A stretch of 63,827 nt of DNA, filler included, from Hyphochytrium catenoides (GCA_900088475.1; 10 parts of 10 records of this genome joined end to end with filler, not necessarily neighbours in it); one strand, 5' to 3'; positions 28,959-42,855 are shown, counted from the whole stretch's first letter. The notes: generated by a model from the letters alone, not told the origin. Translations and numbers: made by a program.

Positions 28959-31528
28959 GCAAGATATATATAGGGAGAGGGAAGGAAGAAGAGGAGGACA
29001 AAAAGAAGAGAGAGAGGGAGAGGGAGAGGGAGAGGGAGANNNNNNNNNNNNNNNNNNNNNNNNNNNNNNNNNNNNNNNNNNNNTTAATTAATTAANNNNN
29101 NNNNNNNNNNNNNNNNNNNNNNNNNNNNNNNNNNNNNNNTGCTGACATCTTACTGCCAGGAGTTGCGGGAACAGCAGGTGACTGGCATGATTGGGAGGAG
29201 AGCCGTATATTTTTTGATGAGGTGCCGGAAGGTGTTAGGCGGGGGAATTTTGGAGTAGAGTAGGCTCTGGACGTTAGCGAGCTGTCAGGAGAAACGCTGA
29301 CAGGGAGGAGGCTCAGGAGCTCCGCAGATTGAGAAGATTGTCACGACGAGGGAAGAGCGGGAGCTGGTGATGAGATGTTATGGGGCTACTTGGGACTACT
29401 TGTGAACTTATATATTCTGCCAAACAGTTAGCTTCCTCGGGCTCCTTGATCCCTCGGCCGTCGGAGGACGGAGATGACTTAGGTTTGGCCGCACTTAGAG
29501 GTAAAGACCAACGCTATCCTTGTCTATATGTACCCAGACCTTCCTCACATAAGCCTTGTCTGCCGTTGATCTCCTTTGCCCTCTTGTTTCGCTGACACGC
29601 TTTAGCCTCTAGCTCTAGCGAACTCCAGACTCCAGCTGAAGGAAAGGCCAACGGACTTGAGACTGACGCGTCTCAAAGCTCCTCAGCTGCAAAGAGAAGG
29701 AAGGAGCACTAGAGCAAGACCTCCTCTAGCAGACCCTGATTTCCTCCGTTGTCGTCCTGGCCTTTCTCTCCCCCGATATTCTATCCCCCTGAACTCCGGA
29801 CCCGCATCGTCCGTGTTAGTGCAGAAGCACATCGAAGAGGCGGCCTCTATTCTCAGTTTTCAGTCTTCCCGTAAGACGCCTGTCAGCCTGGAGCCTGCTT
29901 TCGCAGTTCCAGACTACGGTCTACCTCCTAACTCACCCACGTTTGCAGTCCCCGTTGGGCGAGGAAGGAGCATGGAGATACTTCAAAGAGGAAGAATGAC
30001 AATGTCCAAAGGAGTCGGAGGAGCGTCAAGGGCCTGGTCAAGTAGGTTATCGTTGAGATTCAATTGATCATCTATGTGACTGAGGGAAGAAAGAGCTGCG
30101 CCGCCTCTTCTCTTCTGGACTTGTAACATAGATGATCGTCCAAAGGAGTCGGAAGAGCGTCAAAAGCTTGTTCGTCCGAAGCCGTAATGGGCACTTTATG
30201 CCCCGGCGTCATTTAGACTATCTCTTCGTGCCTGTGGACGCTGGATCGCACCCAAAAAGGTGTGACTACTGATGGTCAAGCGCAATCCTGATTGTGAGGG
30301 GTAAGAGAGCTATCTACGGAAGGACCTTTGGGCTCTTGGAGGTGAACCAGACTCTCTCTCAGGCTCGTCAGAGTCTCCCGACGTGAATGCAGGACAAGGA
30401 GACTTCTTTCGGTCCTCCGTCCTACTGAGGACATAGGAGTAGAGGGCCTGCATACCTTGGTCGCCCGTGGAGCTTCTTATATGTTTAGCGTGACGTCTCT
30501 CTTACCTGGTGGACAGTAGACGCGCCATTAACTATTGAACTATATTGGAAGTCCTTTATGGATAGAAATTGTGACGCCTCTTCCTCTCTACACGGCTAGT
30601 ACTTAGACTGGACAGGACCTAGGACATTCCTGTGGTGCGGGGCGGTATGTCTATCGCTATGGCCAGAAGGACCTGGGTGCACAGAGCAACCACCGTGTGT
30701 CGGAGATGTGTCAGTGTACCCATACCGCCAAGGATCTACCTACACAGTGGTCAAAGAGCCTTCTGCGAGGCTGTGCTGATTGAAGCGGCCCCTACTACTA
30801 GGAATCGATGCATGTTTGCGTGCGTTCACATTCACTAGGCCCATCGCTACGCTGAAGGATGACCGAGCCACGTTTCAACGAAATACGGGCGTAGATCGCC
30901 TTGCTCCGTCTCTAACCGTGGGGTCCTGACATATCTAGACATCTGGTCATCCTTGACCCTAATCCAGCCCATCGCCATCGGTCCCAGCCCTTGTAATGAG
31001 TTCAGTAGGTCAACCTTCTTTGGCCTCAGCTATCGGTAAAGCTGCAGCGAAATAAAACATCTAAAGGAAGACGATAACAGACGTAGAGAAGGTGGAATCA
31101 GGCAGGGCATGGAGTGGAGAGGGAGGAGAGAGAGAGGAAGAGAGAGAGAGAGCGAGAGAAAGAGAAAGGAAGAGAGAGAGAGAGAGAGANNNNNNNNNNN
31201 NNNNNNNNNNNNNNNNNNNNNNNNNNNNNNNNNNNNAGAGAGAGAGAGAGAGAGAAAGGATGATTCTATGAGGGAACAGGGGTGTTACTTCAGCAGGTGA
31301 AGCGCCAGATTGTTTTATCATGGTTCTGGTTTCAAAAGCAGTATTATTCGGAATGGGTTCACACGAGCCCCAGTCCCTTCCAAATCATTCTGCTAAAATG
31401 CCATTCAGGTTCGGAACAGAGGGGTTTGTAACGGTTCTGGTTGAGGTTGACATGAGGAAATAGAACTTAGCTTCCTGCCCTCTCTCCCTCTCCATGTGCT
31501 CTCTCCTCTGCTTGTTTCTCTCTCTCAC

Positions 31529-31604
<76 letters not shown>

Positions 31605-32095
31605 ACTGTCTTCTCACGTTTCCCCCCCTCTCTATTCTTTCCTAGCTGCTGCCATCTCCCCGACCTCTTCTCTCTTCCCTCCGGTGTCCGTCTCTCCATC
31701 TGTCTCTCGCTAACTTCCTCTCTTTGATGGTCTCCTGGTGCTTCCGCGCCCTCCTCTTCTCTCTTCTCCATAGTCCTCCCACTTTCTCCCTCAATCTCTT
31801 CCCGTTGTTCCCTTACGTTGCCTGTTCCCTTCCGCTTGCTTGTTAATAAGCCCAAGAGGGCTATCATTAGTTCCAGAACAGTGATGAGACGCCGTCCAAG
31901 GGAAGTCTTTCGCCGCTGATGCCCTGAGGACGGAGCTTCAGAGACCCACACTGGAAAGAAAAGCCCGAGCTCAATCAGAGATTGAAAGCTCCAAGGAAGC
32001 GGGGCGTGGGGCCAAGCAAGGGCATGCCAGGAAGGCACAAGGGTTGTCTTTATTGCTAGACAAGACGGTGACTTCACCTGCCGAGTCTCCCAATC

Positions 32096-34807
32096 ATGCT
32101 GCCAGTGCTTGAATCCTCTGATTCATATAAAGATATGTCCACCAAAGATGTGGGAGGGGCGCCGGCCCCAGACTCTAAGAAGCTGGATGAGGTCCGAAGA
32201 GTGTCTGGCTATACCATCAAAAGCCTAGAAGATAACGAGCCAGAAAGCGTCCAGAACCTGAAAGAAAGGCTTCATGCCGCTAACCTGGAGATCAGCTGGC
32301 TTCAGAACCAGCTCCAGCAGCGCCAGGCAGCGGCTAACAGCAGCCGTAGTCCAGGAAAGGTTAAGCAAGGGAGGGACAATAAGAAGAGAGTCAGCTCTCG
32401 CTCAAGCTTCTCACTGACAGACAGGTAGCATGCTCCTCATGAGCTATTCCTCCGTAGTCCTAGGGCAGCCGGTCCCTTTGTCTGTGCGCCATTCTCAGCC
32501 TTCTCTGCCCTCCAACAGAGTCCTTCTCTATGTCACTCCGCATGTTCTGATGGCTCCCCTCTCCTTTCAGCGTTCTTCTTATAAGTTGTCCAACGCCACA
32601 TCTCCGTCGTGAGGGAGCCGCGTCTAACAACTCTCTCTCTCTCTCTCTCTCTCTACTCTCTTTCTCTCCCCCTTTCTTTTTCCCCCTGCTCTCCCATTGC
32701 TCCTCCTCCTTGTCCTCTTCTCGCTCCCCCACATCCCACAAACTCCTTTCCTCTCCCTGTTCCCGCCATCGCCGGCGGCTTTTCCCAATATCCTTCCTTC
32801 CAGCCTCATCATCAAATCCAAGGAAACCGAGGATCATATCTCTCGAGCCCGGGAAGAGATCTCCGACGCCGTCTTCTCCTATGTAAACCTCATTGACTTG
32901 GTACTGAAGATGCGCCTGAAATACCTCGCTCTCGTGGACGCTGAGATCTGCAATATCTATCTCACCAACATCGGGACCACACAGATGCTGACAGCGGATG
33001 GGGCGGTAGAGACTGACAGAGACAAGCGCGGACTCATCCACGAGGTCATGCAGACTAAAAATATCATCTACATCCCGTCAACCAAGGAAGATTTGGGGTT
33101 TGACCCAGCCAAGGACGGGCTGGAAGGAGTGGACGTGAAGACCGTTATCCTGGCACCTCTCAGCGTTGAGAAAGGCAGAATCTTGGCGGTGGTGGAGGTA
33201 AGTGCCTGGAGAAGCTATGGAAAGCTGTTGTCTGAATATGTACTGATCTCTATACTTTCTCTAGCATTCTCCTGTCTGCCTGCTTTCGTACCTCATGTCC
33301 TCCTATGTATCCTCTCTATTCTTCCACGCGCTCCTCCTCGATCCCACCTTCCAGGCGTTTGATCCTGCCATTAATCTTTTATGCCTCCTCCCCAGCTAAT
33401 CAACAAAGTTGCTGGAGAAGAGTTTGATCTGGAAGATGTGGAATCCATCCGCTGCTTCTCCGTGCATGCAGCTAAAGCATTGGACCTTACTAAGCGACAA
33501 GATGACATCGCCGCCAGCACCCGTCTGTCAGAAGCAAAGATGAAGGCTACCTCTGAAGGCAAGTGTTCATTAACCTTACTGTTGTCTTTCGGGTCCCTCT
33601 GTTATCGCATCAGGGCCTTCGTCAGCCACCTCTCTCAACTAAAGCTCTTAGGACTCGCCTTCCTCCTTAGCAGTTCGAGAACTCGCTCCTCGCTTCTAAC
33701 TCGTTGCTGCTCTCTCAGTCGTGTCAGGCTTCGAGGGTCAGGAGGCGCTGCAGAATGTTGTCACGATGTTCATGAACCTTGTGAGCGCGGAGAAGTGCAC
33801 CGTCTACGAGGTGGTAGAGGAAGAAGGTTTGTCCACCTCTCACATCGCGATGTTTTGCAAGGGTCACTCTCCTCCGCTTTCCACCCCAAGTGGCCTTGGG
33901 TGGACCTCTATTGCCGCTCTCTTCCTAGTGTTCTGGCTTCCTTCTTCTCCATTTTCCGTCTGCTGCGCTTCACCTGCACTGACACAAATCACAGGGGCGA
34001 TCGTCTCCAAGTTTGGCGTTGATACAGCGATCAAGCTTTCTCTGGGAGAGGGACTAGCAGGACACACCGCCCTTAGCGGAGAAACCATCGCCGTCGTCAA
34101 CGCCTACCAAGAGCCGCGCTTCAACCCTGTCTTTGATCAGAAATTTGACTTCGTAACGCGCAGCGTCCTTTGCATTGCCTCCAGAAATGCCCAGGGAAAG
34201 GTAGAATAGACAGTCTGTTCTTCTATGTTGCGCTCTCTTAGTCGTACGCTCGCCCTCTTCTCTTCCACAATGTCTCAGCCTTCTTCTTCTCCACTTAACT
34301 CTTTGCTCCATAGATCGTGGCAGTCATAGAACTGTTGAATAAGAATGGCGGGGAAGCTTTCACTGCGGGAGACATCGCTCTGTGTGAGAGCTTGAGCCTC
34401 CACGTGTCCGCCGCTTTGAACAATGTGAAGCTGAAGAACGCGGTGGTACGTCTCTCCGTCACGTCGTCTTTTATACACCGTAGCAGCGCGGACTGACCTT
34501 GCTCTTCTTGTACCTCTTCGTGCTTTTCTTTCTTGCTCACTCAACTTTTCATTTACTCTCTAACTCTCTCTCTCTCTGGCATGGCATACCCATAACTTTG
34601 CTTGGCAGATGCGCGCTGAAGGAAAGGCCCAAACACTCCTGGAGCTCTCCTCTCTCTTCACAAGAGAGCTTCACATAGACAACCTTCTCACAATCATTAT
34701 GGTCAGTAGATTATCCACCATCACATAAGCCCCACCTCCTACTGACCTTACCCTTTATCGTTTTTTTAACTCGTCTAACTCTCTCTCTCTTACCTCTCTG
34801 TCTCTGT

Positions 34808-34862
<55 letters not shown>

Positions 34863-37814
34863 CTACCACTTCTCCACACAGCAAGCGTGCAGAAAGCCTT
34901 TTGACTGTGAGAAATGCAGTATCTTTATTGCGAGCGATGACGGCAAGGAGCTGTGGCAGCCGACTGGAAGCGAGCTGGACCATCTCAAGATCAGGATCTC
35001 AAGTGAGCAAGGTACCTCATTCTGACAGAAGTCTACGCGCACATTGATCCTCGCTCACCTTAGACTTGGAGCCGGCCCGGCTCTGACGGTTTCTTTCTTC
35101 TGTTGCCACTTTAGATCCTCTATCTTTTGTCTTTCTTTCTTTCCCTCTCCGAGATCTCGTTTTCTCTCTCTCTCTCTCTCTGAGATCTCTTTCTCTCCCT
35201 CTCCGAGACCTCTTTCTCTCTCTCTCTCTCTTCCCCCTCTCCCTCCAGGGTTCCTCTATCTCTCTCGTCCTCTCTCTTTCGCTATTTCTCTCCTTCTCTC
35301 TCCAATTCTTCTCCGTCTCTTTTCCGCTTCTACTTCGCCCCGCTTTCCCTTTGTCTTCTTATTCAAATAACTCATGCTGCCTTGCTTTTCCCAGGCATTG
35401 TCGGCGCCTGTTTCACTTCGGGAAAGAACCAGAACGTCCCTGACGCCCATGCAGACCCCAGATTCTGCATCGATGTGGACAAGAAGACGGGCTATCACAC
35501 TAGAAGCATCCTGGCAGTTCCTATCAAAGGTTCGTTGATCTCCTTTCTTCTCATTTTCCCTGTAGCTTTCTCACTTTTGGCAGCGCACACACCGCTCCTC
35601 ATAGTGAACAGAAGCTCTGAGCGATGTCTCTAGTGCCTCGTTGTTACCGTTTCTATGAGCTCCCAACTTATGTTCCTTGCTTGCTCAGGACCCAAGGGAG
35701 ACAACATTGGCGTGTTTGAGGTGCTGAATAAGCTGACAGAGTCGCCTTTCAACAAGGCAGACGAGGAGTTTGCTGAAGCTGTGACCAGCCAGATCGGCAT
35801 CGCCATTCAGAACGCAAAGCTCTTTGCTTCTGAGCAGCGAGCGAAGAACAGAAGCGATGCTCTGGTGGAAGTGATGAAGGCCAACTCCTCGGCCAAGTCG
35901 GCTCGCCAGGCTATTGATCAGTTGGCCTCCGCTGCATGCAAGGTAGGGGGGCGTCATTAGATGAAGAGATGTCTGGCATGGGTTCAGAGCAAGAGTCAGC
36001 TAGTTTTAGGAGAGGAAGCAAGCAGTGCGGCCAATGGGCACAGTTTCTAGGCTAATCTGCCTCTTCCTTCTCTGCAGATCCTCAATGCGGAGAAGGTGTC
36101 ACTCTTTCTGTACGATGACCTCAACAGCACGCTGTATTGCAAGGTAGGCAAGGATGTCAAGGGTCTGGTCGTTCCTCTGGGCAAGGGCTTTCCAGGCACT
36201 GTGGCGCTGAGCGGCAAGCTGCTGAACATCCGTAACGTCAAGCACAATCCGCTCTACGACGCCGCGCACGACATCGCCATCGGCTCCAGCCCTCGGAATC
36301 TACTTTGTGTGCCGGTAAACTCAGGAGGAAAGGTGGCTGCGGTCTTGCAGGCGGTGAACAAGAATGAGGGAGTGGCCTTTACAGAGGACGATGAGATGCT
36401 TCTAGGAGCCATAGCTGAGGAGTTTGCCGTGGTGATTGAGAAGCGCTCCTCGGAGTTGGCCTTTGAGGCCGTCTACGCCCATGAGAACCACAACATGGAC
36501 GGAGACATGACGACGACGTTCCTCTCTCAGTACATGTCCAAGCAACGGCTAGCCTTCGCCAAAGAGAACCAAGGTAGGAGGAGACATTTTTTCTCTAATC
36601 TCCTGTCTTAGGGTTAGGTACACCCTCTCCCCTGGCTCTCGGTCTCTCTCTCTCTCTCCATCTTTTCTCTCCTTCATGGTTGCGCCTTATGGTCCATGTG
36701 CGATTCGCTGGTTCTGAATTCTCTCTCGTGTCTCCGTTCCTGTCTTTTCATCTCCGGCTCAAATTGGCACGATGGCCTAAGCTAACTGTTGTTGGAAGCA
36801 GGGCACATCCGCCTGCCAATCAGTGGGATCACCAGCCCTAGAGAGGGCAACAGGTTCCAGGGTGAGATGGCCAACGAACTGCGCCGCTGGGACTTCGATC
36901 CCTTCAAGTTTTCTACTGAGGAGCTGCTGGGATACGTTGTCGAGATCTTCTGCGCGCTGAATGTCGTGGCGAGGTTCCGGATCCCTGAGGACAAGCTCCA
37001 GCACTTTGTGGTGGCTGTGAAGAACCAGTACAGGGACAACGCCTATCATAACTTCGTGCATGGCTTCACGACGCTGCAGGTTACCTTTGCGCTCACGACG
37101 TCAACCAAAGCCGCTAGCTTGCTGGACAGCATCGATTACCTGTCACTAGCGATCGCCTCGTACTGTCACGACATGGGACACAATGGCCGAAACAATGACT
37201 TCCACGTCAAGAGTAAGAGCGACCTAGCTCTGACGTACAATGACCAGTCTGTTTTAGAGAATCTCCACTCTTTCCTCTGCTGGGATACGCTCAAACAGCA
37301 GCACTGCAACATTCTTGAAGGCATCACGGACGTTGCAGACTATCGCCGCATCAGAAAGACAGTGGTCAATGCGATACTAGCCACTGACATGAGCTTCCAC
37401 GTGAAGATGACGAACAAAATGCAGGAGCGACTGCGTCACGGGACTTATAGCAAGGACAACCCAGACGATCGGCTTCTGTTAACCTCAGGGATTGTCCATA
37501 GCGCGGACATTTCCAGCCCCATCTTGCCCATTGCTCTGGCAGAGGAATTCGCGAACAAGGTGATGGAAGAGTTCAATGAGCAGTATGAGGAAGAGGTCCA
37601 GCGAGGCGTCGCTCCATCGCCTTTCATGGCTGCGAAGGTGGGCTCACCGGAGCACGCCAAGCTTAACCTTGTCTTTATCGACTCGTGCGTCTTCCCTCTG
37701 TGGAAGCTGCTGTCGGAGTTCTTGGGCGGGCTAGACAGCTGCATCAGTAACATTCAGAGGAACAGGAGTAGCTGGGAACAGAGGGCATCAGCTGCCGTTC
37801 CCTCCGCAAAGTAG
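32096..37814 (+). CDS. Class I 3',5'-cyclic nucleotide phosphodiesterase with four tandem GAF domains
   Basis: Four GAF repeats, each ending in an NK..F..D motif (LINKVAGEEFDLED, LLNKNGGEAFTAGD, VLNKLTESPFNKADE, AVNKNEGVAFTEDDE). Catalytic motifs YHNFVHG, HDMGHNGRNN, LENLH, ILATDM, HSADIS, EEFNEQ. Confidence 0.92.
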
Positions 37815-37994
37815 ACCCGAAGAGTGACATAATGTTCAATTACTTTGTATCTTTATATAATTCAGTCATTGCCATTAAGCGGCGGAAGGGAGAAAGAGAG
37901 AAAGAAAGAAAGAAAGGTAGAGAGAGAGAAAGCTTGAGATAGGTTAGCACTGCTCTTCTCGTTCAAATTATCGTGAGTCTCCCTGGTTGACTGC

Positions 37995-39837
37995 TTACAT
38001 ATGCTTAAATATTGCTTCCATTTGCCTCCGCCGCCGTTCTCTCATTGCCCTTGAGCGCTCTAATTGGTGGAGAATGTACTCGCTTGTCTTTCTATGCCCT
38101 GCAAGACGCTCTGACGCCTTTCCTCTCTCCTCATGGGCTAAGAACGACCTAGAGCAATTTCTCTCTGATGGCTCGGCAAGGGAGAGACCTCTTTCCATCC
38201 TGCGGCCTACTATTCTCTCGCCCCGAGTTGGCTTGCGGCTTGCGTCTAGGTAACAGTGATCCTTGTCTCCTTTTGATAACAAGTCTCTGTCTTTCTTTGT
38301 CCGGCTCTGCTGCCATTGAGGTGTCGGATCATCGCACCTGAAGCTGTAGGATGCTGCTCTAGCTTCTTCCTCTCCTTCTCCTTCCGTATCTGTGCCAGTA
38401 AAGCCATAAGAATGCCGCCCTTCTGATTGGAAGAGTGAGGATGAGAGTCGACCCGTATCCCTGGGAGGCAAATGGGTCTCTTCCTCCCTAAAAGACACGG
38501 GACGAGGTCGTCTTCTCCCTTGACTCCTGCTCCTGGTCGGCGGTATGCCTTCCTCCAGCCTGGTTGCAGCTTTGGCAAGGTAGTCAAAGTATTCCATCTG
38601 ATCCCATTGACTGAATATCTGCTCTGCTTGTGAAGGCAGAGCTCTAGGATGCATGTTCGGCTGCTTATATAGGGCTACTCCTGGCTCTCTCAAGCCTGGG
38701 AAAGGAGAAGAAGAGAGATATGCAGCTCCCTTCCTGGTTGGGAGAGAAGAGAAAGAGTGATCTTCTTCCTGATAAACGGAGTGAGAGAGGTGAGGTTCTC
38801 TCGCCGAGATCTCTTCCCATCCGTCCGTGATGTCACTCAGCCTGTCCTCTCCCATGACTCTCACCTAATGAGGCGACGGCAGTGGAATGAGCAAGAGAGA
38901 GACAGCGAGAGCGAAGAGCAAAAAGAGAGAAGGACCACGCGGGAAGACTGTGGACCAGAATAGAGAGAAGGAAGAAGAGCTAAGGGTACCTTCGCTGCAA
39001 GATACTCTTGCCGCTCCTGCTCAGCCAATGCTTCTGCCTGACGCTCTTTTTCCTGTTGCTCTATGCGCTTCTTGATCTCTTCCTCTTGTCTCTTTTGCTC
39101 TTCCTCCGCTTCCTGCTCATCAATCCTCAGCCGTCGTTTAAGGGCCAGGATCGCAATGTCTAACTCTTCTCTGATGGCAGTGACCGCATCCTCATATTTC
39201 TCTGAGCGGAGGCATTCAGTGAGCTGAGGACGGAATGGAAGGGACATCTCGTCCAGCAGAGATAGAACATAAGGAGACAACGCGAAGAGAGAGGAAGAGC
39301 CCTGAGAGAGATATAAAGGAAAGACGAAAGTTGAATGAGAAAAGAGAGAAAATGAGAGAGGGATGAAGAGAGACACAGACGAGAGGGTGCTAAGCAGAGT
39401 CAAGGCTTTACCTCTCCCTGGTGCCAGATGCGGTAGACTTTGATCATCTCCCAACGCTTTCGAGGTGCTCCTCTTCTCGTCCTGAAGCTGATTCTCCTCT
39501 GAGTTCTGAGTCCATCGCAGGGGCGCTCCTTCGAAGACTTCCAAAGCCCACTTTTGCTGCGCCTCGTGGAGCCTCTGGAGAGTGAGTTCAGTCTCTTTCT
39601 CATCCTCCTCCAAGGGGGCCTCCACGTCTTCCTTGGAGTCTTCTCCTTGTTTGACGGTAGCTTCCTTTGACTTGCCAGGCTTGCTGCTCGCAAACGGAGC
39701 ATCTGGCTTCGTTGTGAACCTACGGACAGCACGCTTAACGCGTCTCTTTCTCTTCCTTTTTCTTTCTCAGTCTTCCCGTTCATACTTCAAGTCCTTTTAA
39801 ATGCTTTCTTTTCCCTTCTTCTCTCCTTCCATTTGCA

Positions 39838-39870
<33 letters not shown>

Positions 39871-40417
39871 GTGGCCTCACCTGCTGTTGATTGACGCTAG
39901 CGCTGTCTCCAAGTCCTGGGCAATCTGTGCGATGGGTGGAGGACCACCATTCTCGCTCTTGCCGCCACTGAACGAGTCTGAGTGAGAGAGTCCTGGCCAC
40001 TCTTCCATGCTGAACTCTTCTATCGGTTTGGAGAGGCTGAAAGAACGGGGAGGGATAGACCCAGAGAGAGGGAGAGAGACAAAAGAGAGAGAGAGACAAA
40101 AGAGGGAGAGAGAGGGAGAGTCAGCCACGGAATACGGGTAAGAGAGACCCTCAAGGCACTGCTCTCACGTGTGTTTGAGTCGTGAAACCACGTTATCGAG
40201 GCTTCGCTCGATGTCTTGCAGAGTGTCGCTGGCCACCACTGAGGAGGTTAGACCGTCTAGGTCTTCAAATACGTCTAAGAGAGAGAGAAACAGAGCTTAG
40301 TAAGACAAGAACAAGCTGCGGGCAAAGGCAAGAGAGGAAACAAGCAGCACTGAGGCAAACGAGAGTTCTGGATGGACGATGAGGAGGAAGAAAAAGGGAA
40401 GGACGCAAGAGAAAGAC

Positions 40418-40448
<31 letters not shown>

Positions 40449-40606
40449 AACTTCTGGGAGAAGAGGAGAGAGAAGGTTCGGAAGGAGCAGTGGACGAACT
40501 GAAGATGTCCTGAGATTGGCAAGAAAGCTTGCAAGAAGCAGGAAAAGAGGGTCAACGGGGAGAGAGAAGAGAGGATGGAGAGCAAGCAAACGTTCGAAAG
40601 ACAAAT

Positions 40607-40645
<39 letters not shown>

Positions 40646-41072
40646 CAAGCAGCCTGCCACACATACTGGAGCCCAGGAGCGGCGGAAAGCTGTCTTTGCT
40701 TCCTGAAACTGAGAAATTATCAGCAATTGAGCGCCTTCTCTCTCCCAAAGGGTGGGACAAAGCGATGATCTGCGCAGCAAAGTCATTGTCATACTCTCGG
40801 CCGCCATCATCTCCTTCGGTCTCTCCCTCTTCTCCTTCTCTCTCTTCTTCTCTCTTTCCGAGAAGATCTGCGCGGATGGGAGAGACAGGAAGAGAAGGAA
40901 TGCGCCTTTCTTCTTCTGGCAGAGTTTTTGACTTCATCAGTTGGCGCAGATCTTTGACGATCAGAGCGTCTATGGGATGGATCATCGGCTTCAATGCACC
41001 GCGCTGCCCAGCCTCCGGACTCTTAGGCCGCTCCGTCCAGCGAAAGGATGCGGGGAGAGGCTCGGACTCCAT
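37995..41072 (-). CDS. Hypothetical multi-exon charged/coiled-coil protein
   Basis: Non-repeat parts of ORFs 40275-41072, 39877-40128, 38861-39625 and 37995-38864 are separated by CT-rich GT-AG introns. An E/Q/R-rich helical segment is present; no domain recognised. Confidence 0.5.
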
Positions 41073-41278
41073 CCTCAGAGAAGGAGAGCAAAGACAATGC
41101 TCTGGAACTTTGTGTCTCTCTCTCTCGCCTTTGGAACTTTTACGGCTCGCGCCTGCGACAGGAGGATTTGGCTGTGTATTAGGCTCCTTGTGCTGCAGCG
41201 GTGGCTAGAAGGTGTTGATGAGTGGCGAGTGGAAGCGATGAAAAGGAAAAGGGACAGAGACAGAGAGAGAGAAGATAT

Positions 41279-41309
<31 letters not shown>

Positions 41310-41420
41310 AGAGAGAGAGANNNNNNNNNNNNNNNNNNNNNNNNNNNNNNNNNNNNNNNNNNNNTTAATTAATTAANNNNNNNNNNNNNNNNNNNNNNNN
41401 NNNNNNNNNNNNNNNNNNNN

Positions 41421-41431
41421 CGGGCTCCTTG

Positions 41432-41475
<44 letters not shown>

Positions 41476-41952
41476 GGTACGTGGGTTAGTAGACGTTTGC
41501 AAGACAATGAGAGAGAGAGAGAGAGAGTATGTGGAAGGCAGAGAAATGAGAGACACTGAGTTTGAAAGGTGAACTTGGCGTGGACTAGAAAGGGAGAAAC
41601 AGGGAGAGAAAGTCACCACCGAAAAGGCACAAAACGAGAAAGAGAGAGAGAGAGAAGGAAAAGGAGAGGAAGAGAGAGAGAGAGAGAGAGACTTACTATT
41701 TCCCTGAATAATAACGGCAACGATAAGGCCGTAGATACCGAGCACACCAGCCATGACAACGGGAATGATGTTCCTCATCGCCATCTCAGGGCGCATGACG
41801 CCCATTGAAGAGATGCCCACGCCTGCCTTGGCCGTGCCATAAGCGGCGCCCAGGTCTATTGGGAGAGAGAGCGTGAAAGAGAGAGAGAAAGAGAGAGAGT
41901 TAGATCGTTGCGGCATCCAAGACACTCTCTCTCCAGGCACAACTTTAAGTGG

Positions 41953-41991
<39 letters not shown>

Positions 41992-42142
41992 AGAGAGAGA
42001 CTACTAGCCTACGCTGGTGAGACTCTACAGAGGACAAACAATTGACGAGGAAGAGGCCACGATTGAGGGCAAGAGACAGAGGGGCTAGACAATCTCAGAC
42101 AGAGAAAAGAGAGAGCAACGAAAGAGAAGAAGGGCAATACGA

Positions 42143-42191
<49 letters not shown>

Positions 42192-42338
42192 AAGAGCACT
42201 GCACACCAAACAGATGCTGAGACACCAAAGAGGGAGAGACTTACTTGCGAAGACGAGAGCCGCGCTCACGCCCATAAAGCCAAAGAAGGAGGCCGAGGAA
42301 GGACAGATATCGTCGACAGCCATCAGGAGAGACAACAT
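41421..42338 (-). CDS. ATP6V0C: V-type H+-ATPase 16 kDa proteolipid subunit c, 3'-truncated by gap
   Basis: [21 protein letters not shown]|[52 protein letters not shown]; a third exon (VKEP) runs into the N spacer. Confidence 0.95.
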
Positions 42339-42808
42339 GTTTCCTTTCTTTTCTTTCTCTAGCTTCCTAGAGCTTTTGATATCAACTTGGACGTCTTTTG
42401 GGGACGCAGCAGAGAGATAGATTGTCTTAGATCGCCTGGCAAGTTACGCTCTTGCTAAGGAAAGATTCACGAGACAGAGAGAAAGAGAAGAGAGAAAGAA
42501 AGAGAGAGAGAGTTACAGAGTAAGAGCTCTGAAGAACTTACCTGTGGCTATCGGCTTTTCAGATGAAGCTCTAAGTCTGAAAGGCTTGTGAAGGAGAGAG
42601 AGCTTGGGAATCGTGTTGTGAGATCTGCAAAAAGAATAGAAAGATCCTAGGGAAGAAGCAAAAGACGAGAGAGAGAGAGACCATTGAGTGTACACAGAGT
42701 GACACCATTCGAGAGACAGAGTCATGGAAGAGAATGGAAAGGTATAGGATTCTAGAGCAAAAGAGAGAGAGAATATGAGGGGGAAGAGAGAGAGGCAGAG
42801 ACGGAGAC

Positions 42809-42855
<47 letters not shown>

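Noticed and set aside
30850-31030. Minus-strand VETWLGH peptide resembling recombinase box II
   Set aside because: Followed at once by stops, with no downstream Tyr or upstream HxxR; likely chance.
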